DNA from: an uncultured Candidatus Saccharibacteria bacterium | Lineage (GTDB): Bacteria; Patescibacteriota; Minisyncoccia; 2-02-FULL-40-12; GWA2-44-9 | Direction: 5' to 3' | Assembly (NCBI GenBank): GCA_964513645.1 | Contig: CAZENF010000001.1 | Span: forward strand, 7,303 to 71,302 | Length of the DNA: 64,000 nt | In this document: positions 8,526 through 18,131 of the stretch, in pieces | Layout of the letters: the number at the start of each line of letters is the position of its first letter | Position numbering within the stretch: the stretch's first letter is position 1 | Translations under genes and position numbers: made by a program | Notes under the pieces: generated by a model | What the model was told of the DNA's origin: nothing | What the model saw: only the letters and a program-made list of their open reading frames with translations | The model's database searches: none

Positions 8526-8597
8526 CCCCTCGTAGTTCAATGGATAGAACAGGAGACTTCTAAGCTCTTGATCGAGGTTCGATTCCTCGCGAGGGGA
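8526..8597 (+). tRNA. tRNA-Arg (anticodon TCT)
   Basis: Hand-folded. Acceptor CCCCTCG/CGAGGGG, D-arm GTTC-AATGGATA-GAAC, anticodon loop CTTCTAA, T-arm CGAGG-TTCGATT-CCTCG, discriminator A. One A:G mismatch closes the anticodon stem. Confidence 0.8.
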
Positions 8598-8599
8598 CT

Positions 8600-8965
8600 A
8601 TGAAAATATATTTAGATGATTTGAGAGAAACACCTCCTGGATGGGAGAGAGCTTATAATGTCAGAGAATTTAAGGAAATAGTTGAAAAAGCCATAACAGA
8701 TGGAGAAGATATTGAGGGTGTTAGTTTTGACAATGATTTAGGAGAACCAGGGTTGGAGAATGAAGGAAGAAGCGCTTTGAAATGGCTGATGAATGAACAT
8801 CCGGAGTTGATAAAAGACGGTTTTAAGGTTTTAGTGCATACTGATAACAACGAAGCGAGAGATGCAATGGCTAAAGATTACAAATTTTGGCGCGAACATG
8901 CAGATGAGCTTATCGAAGCAAAAAACCGACCGGAACCCTGGTCGGAAATAGATAAAATTAAATAA
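8600..8965 (+). CDS. Hypothetical protein embedded in a tRNA cluster; N-terminus resembles a receiver-like Rossmannoid start (MKIYLDDLRE)
   Basis: ATG 3 nt after tRNA-Arg; stop 4 nt before tRNA-Pro. 121 aa. No confident family assignment. Confidence 0.5.
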   Translation: MKIYLDDLRETPPGWERAYNVREFKEIVEKAITDGEDIEGVSFDNDLGEPGLENEGRSALKWLMNEHPELIKDGFKVLVHTDNNEARDAMAKDYKFWREHADELIEAKNRPEPWSEIDKIK

Positions 8966-8969
8966 ATTT

Positions 8970-9040
8970 CGGGATGGAGTATGACGGTAGTACGTCTGCT
9001 TTGGGAGCAGATAGACCGAGTTCGACTCTCGGCATCCCGA
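8970..9040 (+). tRNA. tRNA-Pro (anticodon TGG)
   Basis: Hand-folded. Acceptor CGGGATG/CATCCCG, D-arm GTAT-GACGGTA-GTAC, anticodon stem TCTGC/GCAGA with loop TTTGGGA, T-arm CCGAG-TTCGACT-CTCGG, discriminator A. Confidence 0.85.
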
Positions 9041-9964
9041 CTAAAATATCCAGCCCTGGAGATAGATGTGAGTTGTGGGAACAGCTATGGCGAGAACGAA
9101 TAAGACAACATTGAACGCCATTTTGTAAGCCATATTTCTGTTTCGTTCATAGAAAAAGAAAGCAAACAATGAGACCATAGCGATACCGAAAGCATACCAG
9201 GCAAAAATATTGTTAACTAATCTGGAAAGGTCATTTGCTTTTGCTTCTTCTTGTAATTTGAATGTCTGGGGTGCTTCAACCGGAGCGATACTTCTATCGC
9301 TTGAAACGTCTTGGGCTATTGCTATAGTCGCGCCTTTGGTTTGAGGAACAGTTGTCGGAAATGGTTTGGGAGCCGGGGTAGGTTTTAGAGATATTGCCAG
9401 AACAGAAGGTTTGCCCGCTGCGCCATAGCTTAAGTGAGGCGAGCCGAACATTTGAACGACCAAGACACCTTCTTTACCGTCGATACTAACGCCTTTTACG
9501 GCAACCCCGATATCTTGGTAACTTGCATTGAGAAGGTTTGCTTTGTGAGAAGGGGAATTGAGCCAGGCCTGAACCGTGTCTTGGGCGGTTGTAAATCCGA
9601 TGGCTAAATTTTCACCGGCGGTGGAATATTTATATTGACTATCCTGTATCCAATGCCAAGGATTAATACCGGACGGACTGACATGAGCAAAATATTCGTT
9701 CTTGGCCATATCTTCAAGTTTTTCTTCAGCGGCCAGGTCGAGTTTGGGGTCAGTGTTAAGCGGTGGCAAACCGGCTATGCCGCGGGCCTGATTGGTGATA
9801 GTTATGACATCTCTTGAGTTAAATGCCGGCAAAGACTCGAGCAGTGTTGCCGATTGAAAAAGAGAATGGGGGAGGATGAGTTTAACGACTAAAAGCAGCA
9901 TTAAATTCCAGAAAATTATCCGGCCACCGAGAGGATGAAGATGTCTTTTTAAGAAGTCCATCAT
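9041..9964 (-). CDS. CAP/SCP/PR1-like domain protein with N- and C-terminal TM segments
   Basis: HWIQ, AGENLA, AWLNSPSHKANLLN and YQDIGVAV match the CAP-domain signature. A Pro/Thr-rich linker follows. Confidence 0.7.
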   Translation of the reverse strand: MMDFLKRHLHPLGGRIIFWNLMLLLVVKLILPHSLFQSATLLESLPAFNSRDVITITNQARGIAGLPPLNTDPKLDLAAEEKLEDMAKNEYFAHVSPSGINPWHWIQDSQYKYSTAGENLAIGFTTAQDTVQAWLNSPSHKANLLNASYQDIGVAVKGVSIDGKEGVLVVQMFGSPHLSYGAAGKPSVLAISLKPTPAPKPFPTTVPQTKGATIAIAQDVSSDRSIAPVEAPQTFKLQEEAKANDLSRLVNNIFAWYAFGIAMVSLFAFFFYERNRNMAYKMAFNVVLFVLAIAVPTTHIYLQGWIF

Positions 9965-10048
9965 TTAACTGATTATACCATATTTTTGGTGTATTTACTA
10001 TAGTCGAAAAGTAGTGTAAAATAAGTAGGGTTTAACAATCCGAATAAT

Positions 10049-10120
10049 GGGGACTATGGTGAAATGGTATCACAGCGCTCTGTGGAAGCGCGGTCGCGGG
10101 GTCGGAACCCGCTAGTCCCC
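10049..10120 (+). tRNA. tRNA-His (anticodon GTG) with genomically encoded G-1
   Basis: The extra 5' G pairs with discriminator C73. Acceptor GGGACTA/TAGTCCC, D-arm GTGA-AATGGTA-TCAC, anticodon stem GCGCT/AGCGC with loop CTGTGGA, T-arm GCGGG-GTCGGAA-CCCGC. The T-loop sequence is unusual. Confidence 0.85.
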
Positions 10121-10206
10121 CTGCTTTAGTTTTTTTGTGGATATCTATTTCGTGCTCATTGCATGTCTTTTAGCTATAATTATTAAAGTTATAAAAAACT
10201 ATAATT

Positions 10207-12948
10207 ATGGCTAAAAAACTAAATTTAGTATTGTTTTTGTTCGTCAGTCTTTTTGTGTTCGTGCTCATCGCTAAAGCTCAAACGACCGATACGACTGCTC
10301 CGGTTCTGACAAATTATAGAGCCGAGAACGTAAATACCGGGAGCGTGCTTATAAAATGGGACACCGACGATCCGTCGGATTCACAACTTTCATACGGCAC
10401 AAGCACCGCGAATTTAAGTACTTTTTTGGGAGCTCAAAACAGGTGTGATACAGACCAACCCGGTTTTCCGTATGTAATACATCATTGCATCTACATTAAC
10501 GGATTAAATCCATCGACAAACTATTACTACAAAGCCCAATCAACTAATTCCGCCAGTCTTTGGGGATATGTCATATATTATTTCTCAACAACAAGTACCG
10601 GCGGTTCTCCACCTCCGCCCTCTCCAAGCGTTACTCCTTTGCCAACACCGACTTATTATCCGAGCCCGACATATCATCCGACGGTTACGCCTTTGCCGAC
10701 CACGACACATACTCCGACCCCGTATCCTACTTATCCGCCACCACCGTCAGTAACGCCGTCTACCAACCTTACTCCGACTCCGAGGCCGTCTTATACTCCT
10801 TATCCGTCGACCTATCCAACCTATACTCCTGTTCCCACAGAAAAACCTACATTTACTCCCTTACCTTCACCGGTTATAACACTTGTCCTGACATTTACAC
10901 CTACTCCCACACCAATACCTTTACCGATAGTTAAGACCATTACCGGTACGATAACTTTTTCGAACGGAAATCCAGTTACAGATGCGAACGTAGGCGCTTA
11001 CTCAAAGGATACCGGCCAATGGATAAGTACTTCGACGGATTCCAAAGGAAATTACACTTTAAATATCAGCGGTGGAGCGTGGGTGTTGGGAGTGTCTCCC
11101 AAGAATTCATCTATGGCCTGGAAGTCTCCAACGCCGTATCCTGAAGTTAATTTTGAAAAAAACAGCACACCGGAATCCGCAACTCAGAATGTTACCATTC
11201 CAGCTCTCGACTCGCACTTAAGTGTTACTACGGTTGATAATCAGGGCAACCCTATTCCCAGCGCCGGTATTGTTGCCGACGTAAATAGCGCCGCCACAGC
11301 CGGAACGCCTACAACTAATTCGGTCGGCGCAAACTTTACTCAAACCGACAGCCAAGGCCATGCGACAATGACGCTTAAAAGCGGGACATATTATGTCAGG
11401 GCTTTTTTGCCGGAGACGGCCGGATATATAAAACCTGTCGAGCAAAGCGTCAGTATCGGTTCGGGAGAAACCAAGGAAGTTAAACTTATCTTTATAAAGG
11501 CAAATACAGTTACTCCTCTCCTGGTTAAAGGAAAAACATCTCTGGATGACGGTAGGCCTATAGATGCTTTTGTCTGGGCCTGGTCTGAAAAAGGCCGGAC
11601 AATTAGCGGCAATGCCGATTTGAACGGCGAGTTCTCTCTTCAAATTTCGCCTAATGACAATTGGCACCTTGGCGCCGGCAAATTAGTTGATGGTTTCCCT
11701 TATAAATCTTCAGAGATAGTTCTGTCTGTTACCGACCAAACCGTTTCTGCTGATCTTGTTTTAAGCCGTTTACCAGATGAGACCGTCCTGTCCTCGTCCG
11801 CCAATACAGTTTCAGTGACACAAGACAGCGTTACGCAAACAGATTCGGGTGCGAAAGTTGTTCTGCCCGCCAATTCTGTTTCTGCTTCAGGTAACGTTAC
11901 GGTCCAGGTTAATCCAACCGTTGAAGTTCCGTCACAGCCGTCGGCCAGAGTCTTTGGAGCGGCTTATGATGTTAAAGTCAAAGACACATTGGGCAATAGT
12001 TTAAAACAATTTACCAAAGACGTTCAGGTTGAATTGCCTTATGACCCCGACCAATTGAAAAAACAGAATTTAAGCGAAGATAGCATTAGTCCGAGTTATT
12101 TTGACGATGCTACCGGGACTTGGGTTAAAATAAGCAATTATACGATCGATAAAACAAGAAAGGTTATAATTGCCAGGGTTAATCATTTAACTCTTTTTGC
12201 GGTTGTTTTGGCTGCTGACATTGTTCCGCCGGTTCCGCCTTCAGGAGTTAAGGCTTCCGCTTCGGGACAAGGTCAGATATCTCTTACTTGGGTTAATCCG
12301 GGCAGTGATTTTGACCATGCGACCATTTATCGTTCGGAAAATCCGGGTAGTCTCGGTAAGTTAGAGGGTTCGGTTAGCGGTTCTTCTTTCATTGACGATG
12401 CCGGACTTAAGGACGGGGTGACCTACTACTATGTCATCCGGGCAGTTGATCCGGCAAGCAATGAAACATCCAATACGACCTCTACCGCTATCAGGGCCTC
12501 GGGTAATTCTTCAAAGACGAGCAATTCAGGCGGTCTTAAGGACGGTGACATGATAAGTGCGGCCGGTTCGAATGACCCCGATGTCTATATAATTAACAGC
12601 TTCGGTTACAAGAGATTATTCCTTAACCCTGTTATCTTCGGATTCTACGGCCATTTAGGCGGATTTAATAACGTAAAAAAGATTGATTCATCTTCCCGTG
12701 ATTCTTACGTAACTTCAGGTCTCTTCAGAAATTGCGAGACAAATGACCCGAAAGTTTACGGAGTTGAGACCACAGGTGAAGATACCGGCACTCTCCATTG
12801 GATAAATATTTCCGGCGACGAAGCTGTGGCCGAAGATTCGAATTTCTTCAAAAAGGTTTTCTGTATCAATAACAATGAATTTAATTGGTACAGCAAAGGC
12901 GCGACGTATACATCTCTCGGCCAAGTCCCCAATTATTCAAGAAAATAA
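10207..12948 (+). CDS. Large secreted surface protein: signal peptide, FN3-like N-terminal domain, Pro/Thr-rich linker, Ig/FN3-like repeats and a conserved ~130-aa C-terminal module
   Basis: Signal peptide MAKKLNLVLFLFVSLFVFVLIAKA. PT-rich region PPPPSPSVTPLPTPTYYPSPTYHPTVTP. C-terminal module is about 70 % identical to the end of the 14743..16509 protein. A TATAAT promoter lies at about 10176. Confidence 0.8.
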   Translation: MAKKLNLVLFLFVSLFVFVLIAKAQTTDTTAPVLTNYRAENVNTGSVLIKWDTDDPSDSQLSYGTSTANLSTFLGAQNRCDTDQPGFPYVIHHCIYINGLNPSTNYYYKAQSTNSASLWGYVIYYFSTTSTGGSPPPPSPSVTPLPTPTYYPSPTYHPTVTPLPTTTHTPTPYPTYPPPPSVTPSTNLTPTPRPSYTPYPSTYPTYTPVPTEKPTFTPLPSPVITLVLTFTPTPTPIPLPIVKTITGTITFSNGNPVTDANVGAYSKDTGQWISTSTDSKGNYTLNISGGAWVLGVSPKNSSMAWKSPTPYPEVNFEKNSTPESATQNVTIPALDSHLSVTTVDNQGNPIPSAGIVADVNSAATAGTPTTNSVGANFTQTDSQGHATMTLKSGTYYVRAFLPETAGYIKPVEQSVSIGSGETKEVKLIFIKANTVTPLLVKGKTSLDDGRPIDAFVWAWSEKGRTISGNADLNGEFSLQISPNDNWHLGAGKLVDGFPYKSSEIVLSVTDQTVSADLVLSRLPDETVLSSSANTVSVTQDSVTQTDSGAKVVLPANSVSASGNVTVQVNPTVEVPSQPSARVFGAAYDVKVKDTLGNSLKQFTKDVQVELPYDPDQLKKQNLSEDSISPSYFDDATGTWVKISNYTIDKTRKVIIARVNHLTLFAVVLAADIVPPVPPSGVKASASGQGQISLTWVNPGSDFDHATIYRSENPGSLGKLEGSVSGSSFIDDAGLKDGVTYYYVIRAVDPASNETSNTTSTAIRASGNSSKTSNSGGLKDGDMISAAGSNDPDVYIINSFGYKRLFLNPVIFGFYGHLGGFNNVKKIDSSSRDSYVTSGLFRNCETNDPKVYGVETTGEDTGTLHWINISGDEAVAEDSNFFKKVFCINNNEFNWYSKGATYTSLGQVPNYSRK

Positions 12949-14736
12949 ATGCCTCCAAAAGGCGGAAAATTGAGAAACAAGATCCTTAGGATGATGTTTT
13001 TGGTCGGCTTTGTGCCGATAATTGTTCTCGGCTTGTTGTCTTTTTACAGTATCAAAACTTTCCACGCTTCAGATGTGGCCAGTATTGAAAATAATTTTAT
13101 TGGTCAAAAAACTGAAGAGATCGAGGCATTTATTGATAGCATAATCAGCACTTTTAAAATAAAAGTCTCTTTAGTTAAAGTCGGTTCATTTAATGACGTA
13201 AATAAGATAGAAATTAACAGCCAATTATCTTTATTGAAACAACTGGTGGATACTTATCCCGATATCCAGGAATTATCTTTTATAGACATTAAAAATGGTT
13301 TTGAAACTTCTAAAATAAATAAAAGTTCACCCAATGGTGTAGCCCCAACAAAATTGCAAGACCAGTCTAATTCAGAAAAATTTACTACAGCTAAGACCGG
13401 CCAAGTTTACATCAGTCCCGCATATTTAACAGCTGCCGGACCGGCGATAACCGTTGCTGGCCCGGTTTATAATAGCGACAACAATGTAATAATTTCTGTC
13501 GTGGCTGGTGAAGTAAATCTTGGTAACCTCCAAAAAATAGTTGAAAGAAGCCAATTAGGAACATCGGGGTATTTATATATAGTTGCAAGAGATGGCTATC
13601 TTCTGGCCCATAGCCAATTAGATAAGCTTGGAACTTCCGGCTTAAGTAATATATATTTTGTAAGAAATGTTTTAAACAAGAACAAAGATGGGCAGACAAA
13701 TAACCGTTATCAAAGTATTTGGGGTGAACAAGTTGTGGCAGCTGGAAATTATATGGACAACCTTCAGATGGGCATTATTGCTGAATGGCCGGTCAAAGAA
13801 GCAGACCTTGTTATAAATATTTTGAATAATCAGTTCTTGATCGTCTCAATATTAGTTTTGGCAGGAACGATATTTTTCAGTTTTATTCTGGCCGGAAGGA
13901 TAGTTAAACCTATTAAAACCCTCGAAACCGGAACTGTCTATATCGCCGAAGGGAAATTCGACCTGCCCATAAATATCAAGACAGGGGATGAAATAGAAGA
14001 ACTCGGAAATGCTTTTAACGGGATGATAGCAGGTTTAAAACGGCTTGAAGAATTGAAAAATGAATTTGTTTTCATTGCCGCTCACGACTTAAGAACTCCT
14101 GTTACGGCGATAAAAGGGTATTTATCTCTGGTCCTCGAAGGTAATTACGGTCTGATAGAACCTGAAGTTAAAGATGTTCTGGTAAAAATCACCGAGGTGA
14201 ACCAAAGACTAATCCAGCTGGTCAATGACCTTCTTCAGGTGGCGAGGGCCGAAGCCGGTAGAATACCGATCAAAGTTTCTTCAATGGATGCGATTAAACC
14301 TATTGAAGAGGTTTTGACCGAACTTAAACCTCTGGCCGACGAGAAGGGTATAAAATTAACATATGATCTGTCGGTAAAACCACTGCCGGTTTTGGCCGAT
14401 CACGAAAGATTCAAAGAATTAATGGTCAACCTTGTCGGAAATGCGATTAAATATACAATTGGTTCAGGCACCGTAACTATCAGTCATGATATTCAGAACA
14501 AAAACCTGATAACTAAAATAAAAGATACCGGCATGGGTATCAGCCCGGAAGATCAGAAAAGATTATTTGAAAAATTCTACAGAATAGAAAATGATAAGAC
14601 CAGAAATATTCAAGGTACCGGTCTTGGTTTGTTCATCGTAAAAGAGATAATTGAAAAAATGAACGGCAGAATATGGGTTGAATCGGAAGAAGGGAAAGGT
14701 TCGATATTCAGTTTTTCTCTGCCTTTGGCCGGGTAA
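12949..14736 (+). CDS. Sensor histidine kinase (periplasmic dCache-like sensor, HAMP, HisKA, HATPase_c)
   Basis: Two TM helices around a roughly 250-aa extracytoplasmic domain. H-box FIAAHDLRTPVTAIKGY. G-boxes GTGLGLFIVKEIIEKMNGRIWVESEEGKGSIF. Start overlaps the upstream stop (TAAATG). Confidence 0.9.
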   Translation: MPPKGGKLRNKILRMMFLVGFVPIIVLGLLSFYSIKTFHASDVASIENNFIGQKTEEIEAFIDSIISTFKIKVSLVKVGSFNDVNKIEINSQLSLLKQLVDTYPDIQELSFIDIKNGFETSKINKSSPNGVAPTKLQDQSNSEKFTTAKTGQVYISPAYLTAAGPAITVAGPVYNSDNNVIISVVAGEVNLGNLQKIVERSQLGTSGYLYIVARDGYLLAHSQLDKLGTSGLSNIYFVRNVLNKNKDGQTNNRYQSIWGEQVVAAGNYMDNLQMGIIAEWPVKEADLVINILNNQFLIVSILVLAGTIFFSFILAGRIVKPIKTLETGTVYIAEGKFDLPINIKTGDEIEELGNAFNGMIAGLKRLEELKNEFVFIAAHDLRTPVTAIKGYLSLVLEGNYGLIEPEVKDVLVKITEVNQRLIQLVNDLLQVARAEAGRIPIKVSSMDAIKPIEEVLTELKPLADEKGIKLTYDLSVKPLPVLADHERFKELMVNLVGNAIKYTIGSGTVTISHDIQNKNLITKIKDTGMGISPEDQKRLFEKFYRIENDKTRNIQGTGLGLFIVKEIIEKMNGRIWVESEEGKGSIFSFSLPLAG

Positions 14737-14742
14737 ACAAAT

Positions 14743-16509
14743 ATGAAAAAATTCTCATTCCTTATTTTAGGCATTTTTGCGGTCGGTCTCGGTTTTTGGG
14801 CTTCTCAAATTTCCTGGTTCCATTTAAAAGCCCAGATATCTGACACCAGAATTCCTTATCCTCCATACGGCCTTCAGTCTTCGGCGGCTTACTATAATCA
14901 GATAACGGTCGGCTGGACAAGCGACCCGACGAATGATGCTCTCGGTATCAGTGTTACCGGATTTAAAATTTCACGGCGCAATGCTTACAGCGGGAATTGG
15001 ACAATTCTCGGAATGGTTAATGCCGGAAGTTATACTGACCTCAATGTTACACCGGGAAATTATGACTATACCGTCAATGCGTGTAACACGAACGGTTGTT
15101 CAAATAATGCTAATTTTACAACTCTCAACCTTATTCAGGATACTCAAGCTCCTTCAGCGCCGGCGAGTATAAACCTACCTCAGAAGGAAGTGACAAGCTC
15201 GAACATTAATATATATTGGGCGGCAGGAACGGATAATATCGGTGTTAAGTATTACAATATCTACCGGAGCATTGCCGGAACAAGTTTTAAACTTCTGGCC
15301 AGCGTTTCTTCGCAATTAAGTTACGGTGATACCGCCGTGGCACCGCTTACGGATTATTTTTATTATGTTAAATCAGTTGATTATGCAAAAAATGAATCTC
15401 CGGCCTCTGATACCGTCAACGGAATAACTTTGTCTTTAAATAATAACAGTGAATATATAAGAGTTACTTCCCCTAACGGAGGCGAGTGTTATTATCTGCC
15501 GGGATTTATACATATCACCTGGACTGGAAGTAATGTAAATCAGGCGGCGGTATATTTCGGTTCGGATACTCCGATATATCTTGGACCGGCGACCTCGTAT
15601 GACTATACTCTGACCGATTCGGTTTCAGTTACCAACAACGGTTATGTTAAGGTCGTGGCAATAGATAATAACGGCAATCCAGGCCAATCTGATACAAATG
15701 ACCAGCCGTTCACGATCGCTTATGATTGTAAAAAAATATCTGCTTCTCCAAGTCCGGCTTCAAATTCAGGAACAGTTCCGGCGGTGCCGACTTTTTTCCG
15801 CTCATTCCTTTTGTCCGAATCAAGCAATGTAAAGTTAAGCTGGGTGGACAATTCTATGAATGAAACCGAATTCAGGATCTATAGACGCTCGTTGCCTAAC
15901 GGAGCATGGGGCTTTTTGGATAAAACGACAACGAATGTAACTTCGTATACAGATATAAATGTCGCGCCTGGCAGCTATGAATATGATGTTGATGCCTGTA
16001 ACAGTTCAGGCTGCTCTGTATACTCGAACCAAAGCCAGATAACAGCCATTTCTTCTTTGCCTACCGCCGGAACAGGCAAGATCTATACACCGGCTGACCT
16101 TAAAGACGGGGACATGGTCAGTGCCACTAATTTCGGTGACCCGGATATTTTTATTATCAACAATTCAGGTTATAAGAGGTTATTTTTAAACCAAGTAATA
16201 TTTAATTTCTACGGGCAGCTAGGAGGATTCAGAAATGTTAAGAGTGTAGCTCTCGAAACCAGAGATTTATATAAAACCTCGGGCCTATTCCGAAATTGCG
16301 AAACAAACGACCCGAAAGTTTACGGAATAGAAATTACGGGAGAAGATACCGGGACTTTGCACTGGATCAATACCACCGGCGATAAGGCTGTTTCCGACGA
16401 TCCTGATTTTTTCAAAAAAATATTTTGTATAAATAATAACGAATTTAATTGGTATAAGAAGGGCAGTGACTACACCTCGGTCGGTCAGATACCTTCGTAT
16501 AACCGCTAA
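14743..16509 (+). CDS. Secreted FN3-repeat surface protein, paralogous C-terminal module
   Basis: Signal/TM helix. Several FN3-like units (ITVGWT, IYWAAGTD, VKLSWVDNS). C-terminal DGDMVSATNFGDPDIFIINNSGYKRLFLNQVIF...FCINNNEFNWY matches 10207..12948. Confidence 0.8.
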   Translation: MKKFSFLILGIFAVGLGFWASQISWFHLKAQISDTRIPYPPYGLQSSAAYYNQITVGWTSDPTNDALGISVTGFKISRRNAYSGNWTILGMVNAGSYTDLNVTPGNYDYTVNACNTNGCSNNANFTTLNLIQDTQAPSAPASINLPQKEVTSSNINIYWAAGTDNIGVKYYNIYRSIAGTSFKLLASVSSQLSYGDTAVAPLTDYFYYVKSVDYAKNESPASDTVNGITLSLNNNSEYIRVTSPNGGECYYLPGFIHITWTGSNVNQAAVYFGSDTPIYLGPATSYDYTLTDSVSVTNNGYVKVVAIDNNGNPGQSDTNDQPFTIAYDCKKISASPSPASNSGTVPAVPTFFRSFLLSESSNVKLSWVDNSMNETEFRIYRRSLPNGAWGFLDKTTTNVTSYTDINVAPGSYEYDVDACNSSGCSVYSNQSQITAISSLPTAGTGKIYTPADLKDGDMVSATNFGDPDIFIINNSGYKRLFLNQVIFNFYGQLGGFRNVKSVALETRDLYKTSGLFRNCETNDPKVYGIEITGEDTGTLHWINTTGDKAVSDDPDFFKKIFCINNNEFNWYKKGSDYTSVGQIPSYNR

Positions 16510-16522
16510 ATTTACCTAATAA

Positions 16523-16548
16523 AAATATCCCCGGAAGGGGATATTTAG
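16523..16548. terminator. Bidirectional terminator
   Basis: AATATCCCCGGAAGGGGATATT hairpin between convergent genes. Confidence 0.6.
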
Positions 16549-17573
16549 ATTAAATGCATTATATCAGATGGCGGGGGTTTGCGGCGACCGAAACGGGTTT
16601 TCCAGGCGTTAATCCTTAATTTCAGCTCTTCTTCTCCGCTGAAACGATAATGCGTATTACATAGATCGAAGGTTTCATTTAGGTCCGGAAGGAACAGGTC
16701 GTCATCCGGGTGAAGAGAATATAGAACATCTTTTTCAAGTAATTTCCTTATCTTTAAAGATTCTAAATCAGGTATGACACCGGTTGAAAGATTTGATCCG
16801 GGACAGGCTCCAACTCCAATTCCGTTCTTTACAACATAGTCAATCAGTTTCTCATCATATGCCAGGGTGGTAGCGTGTTCCAAACGGTCCGCCCTAAGAA
16901 GGTAAGCCGCTGTTCTTAGGTTTTTCAGCAATAACGGCATGTCTTTATAAAAATCTCTTTCATCTGAAACCCATTCGCTGGCATGGCAGGATGTTTTTCT
17001 TTTTGCATCTCTGGCAATAATGAACGCCGGGCGGTGTTTTTCAGGTGGATGTTTGGCTTCATCGCAAACTAAGCTTATACCTGGAACATAATCCGGGTCG
17101 CATTCAACGGCAATACGCGCAAGCCCGATCCCTTCTTCTGGGCTGACTTCCCGGCCGATGGCAAAAAGAAGGTTAACTTCTATTTGAGGGTAATTTTCTT
17201 CGCCTCGTTTTATACCTCTGATAAGGGCTTCGATGACCTGCTTTTCAGTTAATCCTTTGCTGGTCAGATATTGCGGAGCAATTGTTGCTTCACAGTATTT
17301 AAAACCCTGACGAGCTCTTATTTCGGTATAATTTTTAGCGGCAATATAGAGAGTATCGATATCCTGTAGAACTCCGGTTGTGATCGAGAATTTTTGAACT
17401 ATATCCGTATGAACGTCTGAAAACAATTTTTTTATCTGATCCCGATGATCTTGCCAAGGGTTGAAGGGATACATTTTACGACCCTCGTGTGTAAGCCGAA
17501 ATAGTTGAGGTAGTATACTTAAAAGAGGAAAAGATCCGTCTAAATGATCGTGTAGAAGGATATCTATCTTCAT
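16545..17573 (-). CDS. Adenosine/AMP deaminase family metal-dependent hydrolase
   Basis: N-terminal HDHLDGS matches the adenosine-deaminase HxHLDG signature. SLHPDDD lies near the C-terminus. Amidohydrolase-like length. Confidence 0.7.
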   Translation of the reverse strand: MKIDILLHDHLDGSFPLLSILPQLFRLTHEGRKMYPFNPWQDHRDQIKKLFSDVHTDIVQKFSITTGVLQDIDTLYIAAKNYTEIRARQGFKYCEATIAPQYLTSKGLTEKQVIEALIRGIKRGEENYPQIEVNLLFAIGREVSPEEGIGLARIAVECDPDYVPGISLVCDEAKHPPEKHRPAFIIARDAKRKTSCHASEWVSDERDFYKDMPLLLKNLRTAAYLLRADRLEHATTLAYDEKLIDYVVKNGIGVGACPGSNLSTGVIPDLESLKIRKLLEKDVLYSLHPDDDLFLPDLNETFDLCNTHYRFSGEEELKLRINAWKTRFGRRKPPPSDIMHLI

Positions 17574-18131
17574 TTACACTTCTCTTAATTTTTCTCTTAT
17601 TTCGGTTAGGAGTTTATCAAAAACCTGGTCAGGATTCAATCCTGTAGTATCGAGAATTATATCGAAAGGAGCAGGATCTAAGTAGTCGATAATACCGTAA
17701 AGTGAAAAAAGACGGCTCTTTTCTTCCATCATTCTTTTCGATGAAAGCTGGATCATCTCTTTGAAGGTTTTGTTTTTATTTTCTGGTCTTAAAAGCTGGC
17801 GGCAAGTCCCTTCAACCATTGAAACAGTAAGGAGAATATTTATTTTCTTAAATTTCGGGTTATAAGGAAGAAGAGGTGCCATACGTCCCTGAACGATCAA
17901 ATTATCTTTGGTCATCATCAGTTCCGTCTGCCGTTTATCTATTTCTTTTTCAAGTTCAGGTTCGGCAACTATTTTTTTATAAAACTCCTCGACGCTTAAT
18001 CCGCGTTCTTTGGCTATTTTCCGGAACACATCACCGGTATAGTAATTCTCATAATTAAGAGCTTTCGCTAATTTTTCGGCCACGGTCGTTTTGCCCGAAC
18101 CTGGAGGTCCGCTGACCCTGATCACTGCCAT
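17574..18131 (-). CDS. cmk: Cytidylate kinase-like P-loop NMP kinase (archaeal-type Cmk)
   Basis: GPPGSGKTTVAEKLAKALNYENYYTGDVFRKIAKERGLS resembles archaeal-type cytidylate kinases. Start abuts the downstream gene. Confidence 0.6.
   Translation of the reverse strand: MAVIRVSGPPGSGKTTVAEKLAKALNYENYYTGDVFRKIAKERGLSVEEFYKKIVAEPELEKEIDKRQTELMMTKDNLIVQGRMAPLLPYNPKFKKINILLTVSMVEGTCRQLLRPENKNKTFKEMIQLSSKRMMEEKSRLFSLYGIIDYLDPAPFDIILDTTGLNPDQVFDKLLTEIREKLREV

Noticed and set aside
11218-11667. Antisense or internal ORFs inside large genes (for example 11218..11667, 13412..13699, 53313..53633, 24439..24714)
   Set aside because: They lie entirely within well-supported genes on the opposite strand or in another frame, with no ribosome-binding site or motifs.
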